Part shown: positions 57,164-64,000 of the stretch, in pieces
How positions within the stretch are numbered: position 1 is the first letter of the stretch
How the letters are laid out: each line of letters begins with the position of its first letter
Assembly (NCBI GenBank): GCA_050952265.1
Contig: JBMNKP010000002.1
Coordinates: 65,112 to 129,111 of the forward strand
DNA: 64,000 bases
Source of the DNA: Limnochordia bacterium
Lineage (GTDB): Bacteria; Bacillota; Limnochordia; Darwinibacteriales; Darwinibacteriaceae
Direction of reading: 5' to 3'
Made by a program: the position numbers and the translations under genes
Notes under the pieces: generated by a model
The model's database searches: none
The model's input: the letters and a program-made list of their open reading frames with translations, nothing else
What the model was told of the DNA's origin: nothing

Positions 57164-57934
57164 ATGAAGTGGAAGCTTAAGCAGCTTTTTTGGCTAACCA
57201 TCCTTCTCCTGTTGATGAGCCAGGGCGTGCTGGCGGAGGACCCTGTGGGTGATGTTGGTTATAACTGGGACGAATTGTTCAAACCATCCGCAGTCTGGGC
57301 TGAGATTACCGCGTACACTGCGGCCTTTGACGCTTGGGGCAGCGGCAGCAAGCGGGTCGGCGAGTTTTCCGCAGGCGAACAGGTAGAAATCGTGCGCGAT
57401 CACAACTACCAGTGGTACTTGGTGAAGGCCGCCGATGGGCGGGAGGGTTGGATCCCCGTGGACAAGCTGTCAATTCCCGAAGATCCTGAGACCAACCCCG
57501 AGCTTGTGCCGGCGGAGATCCTGGAAGCATACGTAAATGCCCATGGATTCACGTCCAAGACCGATCAGCTGGTGTGGGTTGACATCGACCGACAGCTGAC
57601 CCATGTCTTCGTTGGGCAGATGGGAAGCTGGCAGCTTCTGCGGACCATGGTCTGCGCCACCGGGAAGAACACTGCCCCAACCTTGAGAGGGCTGCACGAA
57701 ATCGCCGATCGCGGTGAGTGGTTCTTCGCTGAACGTTTCGGTCAAGGCGCAGAAAACTGGGTTCAGTTTTCCGGGCCGTATTTGTTCCATTCGCTGCCCA
57801 TGGATCGCCAGCGCACCATAGTGGATTACACTCTCGGGAAGCGGAGTTCGTCCGGCTGTGTGCGGCTCTCCATGGAAGACTCGCGCTGGTTCTACGGGTT
57901 CATAAAGCGAGGCTCCACAGTGTTTGTCAACTAG
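57164..57934 (+). CDS. L,D-transpeptidase (YkuD domain) with N-terminal SH3-like domain
   Basis: A signal peptide is present and the catalytic motif reads FHSLP...SSGCVRL. Confidence 0.8.
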   Translation: MKWKLKQLFWLTILLLLMSQGVLAEDPVGDVGYNWDELFKPSAVWAEITAYTAAFDAWGSGSKRVGEFSAGEQVEIVRDHNYQWYLVKAADGREGWIPVDKLSIPEDPETNPELVPAEILEAYVNAHGFTSKTDQLVWVDIDRQLTHVFVGQMGSWQLLRTMVCATGKNTAPTLRGLHEIADRGEWFFAERFGQGAENWVQFSGPYLFHSLPMDRQRTIVDYTLGKRSSSGCVRLSMEDSRWFYGFIKRGSTVFVN

Positions 57935-57949
57935 TAGACAAAAGTGACG

Positions 57950-57979
57950 CCCCATCGAGGACGATGGGGTGGTTTTCTG
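57950..57979 (+). terminator. Rho-independent terminator after the L,D-transpeptidase gene
   Basis: An 8-bp stem ccccatcg/cgatgggg with loop AGGA is followed by TGGTTTTCT. Confidence 0.7.
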
Positions 57980-57997
57980 AAAGGAATATGCACGCAG

Positions 57998-59377
57998 ATG
58001 GCTGGATTCAGACTACATCATCGAAGCTCAAATCTGTCACTGGGGCAGACCATGCTCCTTTTTGCACTGCCGATCATGGCAGTAAACATCCTACAGCTGC
58101 TTTTCAACGCTGCTGACATGATCGTCGTCGGGCGTTTTGAGGGCAGCAGGGCCCTTGCAGCCGTTGGGGCGACGGGGGCGCTGTTTAACCTGATCGTGAA
58201 CTTGTTCATGGGCCTTTCTGTGGGCACCAGCGTGATCGTGGCGCGCGCCTTCGGCGCCAAAAACCTTGAGGACATCCGGCAGGCAGTGCACACATCGATC
58301 GCAGTGGGTATCATAGGCGGCATCATGGCCACCGGAATCGGATTGGCCTTCTGCACTCCACTGCTGCACTGGATGGGGACTCCCGATGAGATTCTGGGGC
58401 TGTCCAGCCGCTACATGGCCATCCTTTTCTACGGGATGCCGGCCTCCATGGTGTTCAACTTCGGCGCTGCCATTCTGCGCGCTGTGGGGGACAGCAAACG
58501 GCCCATGTACTTCCTCGTCGTCAGCGGAACGGTGAACGTTGCGCTCAACGTGCTGTTCGTCGCTGTGCTGCGCTGGGGCGTGGCAGGCGTGGCTTGGTCA
58601 ACCACCATCACCCAGTACCTGGCGATGGCTCTGATCATCGCGTCCTTGATGAAGCAGGAAGGCGCGCTGCGTTTCAGCTGGAACAGGTTGAAGATCCATA
58701 CGCAGAAGCTGGCGCTGATCCTAAAGATTGGAGTACCCGCAGGCCTGCAGGGCGTACTCTTTTCCATTTCTAACGTTCTCATCCAGTCAGCAGTGAACTC
58801 CTTCGGCACCACGATGGTGGCTGCCAGTGCAGCTTCGTCAAACGTTGAGAACCTGGTGGCTACACCGATGAACGCCTATTACCAGGCGGCGATCACCTAC
58901 GCCGGCCAGAGCATGGGAGCAGAGGATTACGACGCGATCGACCGCATCGCCAAGATCTCGACGGGTTTCGTTTTCGTCACCTGGTTGGTTTTGGGGGGAA
59001 TAACCCTGCTGCTTGGGCGGACTCTGTTGGGCTTTTACACGTCGGACCCCACGGTAATCGATTTGGGCATGGTGCGCATGACGGTGCTTATGTCGCTGTA
59101 CTTCACCTGCGGGATCATGAACGTGTTTCCAGGCATCACCCGTGCCATGGGTTACTCGGTTCTACCCATGCTCAGTACGCTGGTGGGGGCATGCCTTATG
59201 CGCATCGTCTGGCTGGTAACCGTGTTCAAGTGGTATCCCACGCAGATGGTCCTGTTCGCAGTGTACCCTGTGACCTGGGCACTGGCAGGAGTGGGGCAGG
59301 TGGCCAGTTTCTTCTATGCCCGCAGCCAGGTCCGCAGGGGCCACGCGCAGGCTGAAGGACGTGCCGCAGCGGTCTAG
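57998..59377 (+). CDS. MATE family efflux transporter
   Basis: The protein has 12 transmembrane segments and an N-terminus LLFALPIMAVNILQ typical of MATE/NorM. ATG 57998 lies downstream of the terminator. Confidence 0.8.
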   Translation: MAGFRLHHRSSNLSLGQTMLLFALPIMAVNILQLLFNAADMIVVGRFEGSRALAAVGATGALFNLIVNLFMGLSVGTSVIVARAFGAKNLEDIRQAVHTSIAVGIIGGIMATGIGLAFCTPLLHWMGTPDEILGLSSRYMAILFYGMPASMVFNFGAAILRAVGDSKRPMYFLVVSGTVNVALNVLFVAVLRWGVAGVAWSTTITQYLAMALIIASLMKQEGALRFSWNRLKIHTQKLALILKIGVPAGLQGVLFSISNVLIQSAVNSFGTTMVAASAASSNVENLVATPMNAYYQAAITYAGQSMGAEDYDAIDRIAKISTGFVFVTWLVLGGITLLLGRTLLGFYTSDPTVIDLGMVRMTVLMSLYFTCGIMNVFPGITRAMGYSVLPMLSTLVGACLMRIVWLVTVFKWYPTQMVLFAVYPVTWALAGVGQVASFFYARSQVRRGHAQAEGRAAAV

Positions 59378-59390
59378 TCAAGACCATGGA

Positions 59391-59419
59391 TTGACAAACC
59401 GCGGTTTCTCTGCTTTAAT
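59391..59419 (+). promoter_or_regulatory. Sigma-A-type promoter of the aspS leader
   Basis: The elements are TTGACA, a 17-nt spacer, and TTTAAT. Confidence 0.55.
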
Positions 59420-59425
59420 AGTGGG

Positions 59426-59725
59426 AAAAAGCAAAGACGATGAAGAGAAGGAGCCACAGCAGCGGCCTCCCAGCGAGCCGGGGATGGTGCGAGCCTGGCA
59501 GAAGCCCTGTGTGGAAGGACACCTCGGAGTTGCCATCTGACCGAAAGGATGTGCCGGTTTCCACCGTTATCTGGACTTGAGATGCTCCAACTGAGAACTG
59601 GGTGGCTGCAGTAACTCGTCCCAAGGTGGGCGAGTTTTTCTCTCGGTGGAGCGAATTAGGGTGGTACCGTGCTTCCAGCGCCCCTAGCCAGCAGTGGCTA
59701 GGGGCGCTGCTATTAGAAAGGGGAG
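59426..59725 (+). promoter_or_regulatory. T-box riboswitch leader (specifier probably GAC, Asp)
   Basis: The T-box sequence AATTAGGGTGGTACCG lies at 59654-59670. A 13-bp terminator stem agcgcccctagcc/ggctaggggcgct follows at 59678-59709. The candidate specifier GAC-A lies at 59528-59531 after an AGACGATGAAGAG GA-motif. Confidence 0.65.
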
Positions 59726-59731
59726 ACAAAC

Positions 59732-61018
59732 ATGCAGCGTACACTGGTCGAAGACCTTTCTGCCCACTGCGGAGAACAGGTCTTGGTGAAGGGTTGGCTT
59801 GAGCGTATAAGGGAGCTGAGTACGGTTACTTTCCTCATCCTGCGGGACCGTACCGGCACCGTGCAGATCGCCGCTGATCCGAAGCTCTGTGCCGAACTGA
59901 AACTCTCGACTGAGAGCGTGGTTGAGGTGCTGGGTAGGGTACATAGTGAGCCGCGGGCAAAGGCTGGGTTCGAGGTTGCGGCCGACAAGATCACCGTTCT
60001 CTCCAGGGCTGAGAACCTGCCCATCCAGATCAACGGCCCAGTCCTCAACGTCCCTCTCGAACTTGCCCTTGACAACCGGGTCTTAAGCCTGCGTCACCGC
60101 CTGATCAACCCCATCTTCCGGATCCAGGCTGCACTGGTGCACGGATTTCAAACCTTTTTGAGCCGGGAGGGCTTTGTCCAGGTTTTTACCCCGAAGATCG
60201 TGGCTAGTGGGACCGAAGGAGGGACTGAACTCTTTCCTCTGCAGTACTTCGAAGAAAAGGCCTTCCTGTGCCAGAGTCCGCAGTTCTACAAGCAGATGAT
60301 GGTTGGTGCCGGCTACGAACGGGTATACGAGGTCGGGCATGTGTATCGCGCTGAGAAGCATGCCACTTCGCGTCACCTCAACGAATATGTGAGCCTCGAT
60401 CTGGAGATGGGCTTCATTGAGGATGAACACGAGATCATGGCCCTTGAGAACAGGCTTCTGGCCTTCATGTTCTCGTACACCGCAGAGCGATGTGCCAAGG
60501 AACTGCACATCCTGGATGTGGAGGTGCCTTCGGTTCCGGCCGCGATCCCCAAGATCGCTCTGGATGATGCCCTGGCGCTTCTTACCGAGAAGTACGGCAA
60601 GCAGGCTGCCGGTCAAGATCTCGATCCTGAAGGTGAAAGACTGCTCAGCGAGCACATCAAGGAGACCACGGGCAGTGAGTTCGTCTTCGTGACCGATTAC
60701 CCCTGGGAAAAGCGGCCCATGTACACGATGCCCAAGGGGACGGGCTTGACCCGCAGCTTCGACCTCCTTTTTAGGGGCCTGGAGATCACCACGGGAGGGC
60801 AGCGCATCCACACCCACGACCTGCTGGTGGAAAACATCCGCAAAAAGGGCCTGGACCCGGACGCCTTTTCTTCTTACATTGAGAACTTCGCTTGGGGCAT
60901 GCCGCCCCACGGCGGACTGGCGATCGGCCTTGAACGCCTGACAGCTCAGCTCCTGGGCCTGGCCAATGTGCGGGAGGCCAGCCTTTTCCCAAGAGACCGC
61001 TTCCGCCTCACACCCTGA
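59732..61018 (+). CDS. aspS: Aspartate--tRNA ligase, archaeal/type-2 (likely non-discriminating AspRS)
   Basis: The 428-aa class IIb synthetase aligns over its full length with archaeal-type AspRS (FRAE motif 2, GLAIGLERL motif 3, C-terminal [11 protein letters not shown]). Confidence 0.9.
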   Translation: MQRTLVEDLSAHCGEQVLVKGWLERIRELSTVTFLILRDRTGTVQIAADPKLCAELKLSTESVVEVLGRVHSEPRAKAGFEVAADKITVLSRAENLPIQINGPVLNVPLELALDNRVLSLRHRLINPIFRIQAALVHGFQTFLSREGFVQVFTPKIVASGTEGGTELFPLQYFEEKAFLCQSPQFYKQMMVGAGYERVYEVGHVYRAEKHATSRHLNEYVSLDLEMGFIEDEHEIMALENRLLAFMFSYTAERCAKELHILDVEVPSVPAAIPKIALDDALALLTEKYGKQAAGQDLDPEGERLLSEHIKETTGSEFVFVTDYPWEKRPMYTMPKGTGLTRSFDLLFRGLEITTGGQRIHTHDLLVENIRKKGLDPDAFSSYIENFAWGMPPHGGLAIGLERLTAQLLGLANVREASLFPRDRFRLTP

Positions 61019-61115
61019 GGGCGGCCTGCGTGCCCTGCCTCGGCAGGAAACTCTGTCCAGTAAAGGGAATAGAGTGAGAACAGGTTACTGCAGTTTTCAG
61101 CAGGGAGGGTGGATT

Positions 61116-61328
61116 GTGCAGCGTTTCAGCTCGTATGTGTCGGTTATTGTCCTGGCTTGGGCTTTCCATCGTTTGGCCCGAGCAGTATTCGGCTTTCCCC
61201 TGTTTTCGCTCACAGACTTCAGCGCGCGGGAGTTCGCCGTTGACTTCGGAGTCTACATCGTGTCGTTTTTTGCCGCCTATCTGCTGATCAGGAGAACCAA
61301 GGACAGGAGAAACGAGTCAGAGCAGTGA
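61116..61328 (+). CDS. Small hypothetical membrane protein
   Basis: GTG 61116 follows GGAGGGTGG. The roughly 70-aa protein has two hydrophobic helices. Confidence 0.3.
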   Translation: MQRFSSYVSVIVLAWAFHRLARAVFGFPLFSLTDFSAREFAVDFGVYIVSFFAAYLLIRRTKDRRNESEQ

Positions 61329-61392
61329 CACCCTCCGCAATATGGCCAAAAGGATTTCCGGCGGCGCAGGCGAAGTGTAGTGGTCAAGAACG

Positions 61393-62277
61393 ATGCAGGG
61401 GTGTGGTACCGTGGAGCTGGTCTGGTATGAACGGATGGATGACTTCTTGGAAGTCACCCTAACCTACCTCGAAAGAGATGAGGCACTGAACAATCTCATG
61501 TTAGGCGTTGCCTTGACCGTCGCCGCGGGTGGAGGCCTCTATGACGAACTCAAGATGGTCACCGTGCGTGAGGGCGAAGCTACTTTGGCTGCAGGCCTGC
61601 AGACTGTCCCGGCCAATCTCATGCTCTACATCGTACCGGGTGCACCTGAGCTGGAAGTCCTGAGGTTTCTTGCAGAAGGTCTTTGCGCGGCGGGGGTCAA
61701 GCTGCCCGGAGTCATCGGTCCTCAGGGGACAGCTGCTCGTTTTGCCAGCCTGTGGTCGAATCTGATTGGATGCGGAGTAGAGCTTGACATGCCCCTGAGG
61801 GTCTACGAGCTGAGGAGCGTCCAGAGCGGTTTGGTAGGGGAAGGGATGCTGAGAATAGCCGGAGACGGGGATCTTGATTGGATCATCCAGGCGATTTCCT
61901 CCTTTGAGCAGGATGCAGCCATCGACGAGTCTCCAGACCCGGAGCGGGTCGGAAAGTTGGCGCGCCGGCTTGTTGGAAGACAAGGCCTTTATCTGTGGGA
62001 ACATGAGGGCAGGGTCGTCTCCATGGCCGCCAAAACTCGTCCGACGCGCCACGGCATCGCACTAAATTATGTATATACTCCCGGGGAACTAAGGGGACGG
62101 GGTTATGCCACCAGCTGTGTCGCAGCACTGTGCCAGGAGCTGCTGGGCGAGGGGTACGAGTTCTGCACCCTGTTTGCTGATCTGCGCAACCCAACTTCCA
62201 ACGGCGTCTATCTTCGGGTCGGCTTCAAGCCGATAGGAGACTTCGCCAGCTACCGGTTTACGGGGGAGAACCGATGA
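61393..62277 (+). CDS. GNAT family N-acetyltransferase with N-terminal domain of unknown function
   Basis: The C-terminal acetyl-CoA binding region reads RGRGYATSCVAAL...VYLRVGF. Confidence 0.7.
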   Translation: MQGCGTVELVWYERMDDFLEVTLTYLERDEALNNLMLGVALTVAAGGGLYDELKMVTVREGEATLAAGLQTVPANLMLYIVPGAPELEVLRFLAEGLCAAGVKLPGVIGPQGTAARFASLWSNLIGCGVELDMPLRVYELRSVQSGLVGEGMLRIAGDGDLDWIIQAISSFEQDAAIDESPDPERVGKLARRLVGRQGLYLWEHEGRVVSMAAKTRPTRHGIALNYVYTPGELRGRGYATSCVAALCQELLGEGYEFCTLFADLRNPTSNGVYLRVGFKPIGDFASYRFTGENR

Positions 62278-63218
62278 TTATCAGCGCCAGCCGCCGCACA
62301 GACATCCCGGCCTTCTACACTCCCTGGCTGATGGAACGCCTGCGGACGGGTTCTGTCTGCGTGCGCAACCCGTTTCGTCCGCGGCAGGTCAGCTTGGTCT
62401 CCCTGAAACCGGAGGACGTTGACTGCATCGTCTTTTGGACGAAGAATCCGGCGCCGCTCATGCCGCATCTAGCAGAAATCGAAGAGATGGGCTTCACGTT
62501 CTATTTTCAATTCTCTCTGACTCCATACGACCGAACCATCGAGCGCAGTGTTCCGGACAGGAAGGTTTTGGTGCAGACTTTCCGAGAGCTTGCTGAGAGG
62601 GTAGGGGCGCAGCGCGTGGTGTGGCGTTACGATCCGATCATCTTGAGCGCAGAACTGTCTGTCGATAGGCACGTGCAGCTCTTCGCTGAGCTTGCCGCAG
62701 AGCTGCGGGGGAGTTGTGAACGGTGCATGATCAGCTTCCTCGATTTCTACGCCAAAACCAAACGCAATACGAAAGAGCTTGAGCTGCTCCCCATTTCGGA
62801 GCAGGACATGCAGCTTCTGGGCCAGAATCTTTCCGCTGCTGCCAAGGCGTGTGGGATAAGAGTCTTCACATGCTGCGAGCAGGCCGATCTGAGCAGGTGG
62901 GGTATCGGCCATGGCAAGTGTGTTGACGATGAACTGATCGGAAGCATCACAGGCCGGCCCCTCGCCTCAGCAAAGGACCGAAACCAAAGACCCGCCTGCG
63001 GGTGCGTGAAGAGTGTAGATATCGGGGCGTATGACACCTGTCTGCACCAGTGCCTGTATTGCTATGCCAATGCTGATCACGCCAAAGCGGCCGCCAACTG
63101 GAACGACCATGACCCTCGCTCCCCGCTGCTTCACGGGTGGGTCACGCCTGACGATGAGTTGGTTTTCCGCAAAGAAAAAAAGAGGCTAGGCAGCCTCTTT
63201 ACTGAGTGTAGTTCTTAG
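62274..63218 (+). CDS. DUF1848-like protein with conserved Cys cluster
   Basis: The N-terminus reads IISASRRTDIPAFY and the cysteine cluster reads CGCVKSVDIGAYDTCLHQCLYCYAN. The ATG overlaps the upstream stop. Confidence 0.5.
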   Translation: MIISASRRTDIPAFYTPWLMERLRTGSVCVRNPFRPRQVSLVSLKPEDVDCIVFWTKNPAPLMPHLAEIEEMGFTFYFQFSLTPYDRTIERSVPDRKVLVQTFRELAERVGAQRVVWRYDPIILSAELSVDRHVQLFAELAAELRGSCERCMISFLDFYAKTKRNTKELELLPISEQDMQLLGQNLSAAAKACGIRVFTCCEQADLSRWGIGHGKCVDDELIGSITGRPLASAKDRNQRPACGCVKSVDIGAYDTCLHQCLYCYANADHAKAAANWNDHDPRSPLLHGWVTPDDELVFRKEKKRLGSLFTECSS

Positions 63219-64000
63219 GGCTTTGGAGCGCCAGGTGCCCCGCCTGAACAGAGCGTAGGTGATGATGGCGCCCAAGAACCAGGAGACAAGCAGCGAGACA
63301 AACGTGGATTCGGGCCTGCCCGTGGGATATGCGGCGCTTCTTGTCAGGTGGGCCAGGATGTAGGCCAGGGGCACACGGATGATCACTGTGGTCACGATGG
63401 AGATCCACATGGGTGTCATCGTATCTCCGGCACCGCGCATCACTCCTGAGAGGCACTGGGTAACCGCCATGGCGATGTAACCTACCGCCAGGATGCGCAG
63501 CATGCGCTGGCTGAGGGCCACGAGCTCAGGCGTGTCTGTGAAGACGTGCATCAAGTAGTGGCCGAAAAAGAGCAGGATCACAGTGATGGCAGTGCTTACG
63601 CCCACGGCGATCAGGGTCCCGTCTCTAGTGCCCTTTTCTACTCGATCGACCTTTCCAGCCCCGATGTTCTGCCCGGCGAAGGTGGTCATGGCACTGCCGA
63701 AAGAGAAGTTTGGCATCATGGCAAACCCGTCGACGCGCATGACAATGACGTTGCAGGCGATGACCAGCTCGCCAAAGCTGTTCGTCAGCGACTGCACCAT
63801 GATCATGGCCATGGAGAAAATGGCCTGCGTCAAGCCTGATGGAAGGCCGAGTTTGAGCACGGTCCAGGCCATATCTCTGTCTGGCTTGAGCATTGAGAGG
63901 TTCATGTCGAAGTGCTCTCCCATCTTGGCCAATTTCAGCAGGCAGAGCACAGCTGAAAGACCTTGGGCCAACACTGTGGCCAGGGCAACACCGGGAACCC
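63186..64000 (-). CDS. MATE family efflux transporter, C-terminal part (5' end beyond window)
   Basis: It has the polytopic MATE topology. The frame is open to the window edge and the stop is at 63186. Confidence 0.75.
   Translation of the reverse strand, partial: VPGVALATVLAQGLSAVLCLLKLAKMGEHFDMNLSMLKPDRDMAWTVLKLGLPSGLTQAIFSMAMIMVQSLTNSFGELVIACNVIVMRVDGFAMMPNFSFGSAMTTFAGQNIGAGKVDRVEKGTRDGTLIAVGVSTAITVILLFFGHYLMHVFTDTPELVALSQRMLRILAVGYIAMAVTQCLSGVMRGAGDTMTPMWISIVTTVIIRVPLAYILAHLTRSAAYPTGRPESTFVSLLVSWFLGAIITYALFRRGTWRSKALRTTLSKEAA

Noticed and set aside
60083-60910. 275-aa minus-strand ORF
   Set aside because: It is antisense to aspS; the + strand frame has unambiguous class II aaRS motifs.

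Overview
This window is a high-GC (~58-60%), densely coding chromosomal segment from an endospore-forming Firmicute; about 60 genes can be supported from the sequence. SpoIVA, SpoVS, two SpoIIP-family proteins, a GerA-family protein, YtfI/YtfJ and a YIEGIA-family protein identify it as a sporeformer. From 14.3 kb to 50.8 kb almost every gene is on the + strand in conserved Bacillus/Clostridium order: rimO-pgsA, cinA, recA-recX-rny-ymdB-spoVS, scpA-scpB-ytfI-ytfJ, rluB, cmk-plsC, an ispH::rpsA fusion, spoIIP, der-plsY-spoIVA and aspartokinase. The left part carries the FtsK C-terminus, hslO, murC, a minus-strand YqhG/Snf2-helicase operon, an Opp-like ABC transporter with no ATPase genes, and a minus-strand F-type ATP synthase operon that stops after atpH. 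Six items stand out. (1) A ~1.9 kb integrated remnant at tRNA-Pro(GGG) is flanked by a perfect 47-bp direct repeat of the tRNA 3' half and carries a tyrosine integrase, GTCAAGCAA arm-type repeats and one secreted cargo protein. (2) A three-gene cluster encodes two paralogous DUF2229/HgdB-like proteins plus a BadF/BcrA/HgdC-type activase ATPase, next to an orphan GerA-family gene; the first gene has no canonical start codon. (3) The atp operon encodes only AtpZ, AtpI and F0 subunits a, c, b plus delta, and the c-subunit carries a Fusobacterium/Ilyobacter-like two-carboxylate Na+-type motif. (4) A T-box leader with a GAC specifier precedes an archaeal-type aspS. (5) A second SpoIIP paralog sits in the hslO-murC locus. 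(6) An uncharacterized gene is inserted between rny and ymdB. No CRISPR array or rRNA was seen. The long antisense ORFs in the track are high-GC artefacts. All family assignments come from motif recognition and synteny by eye; no searches were run.
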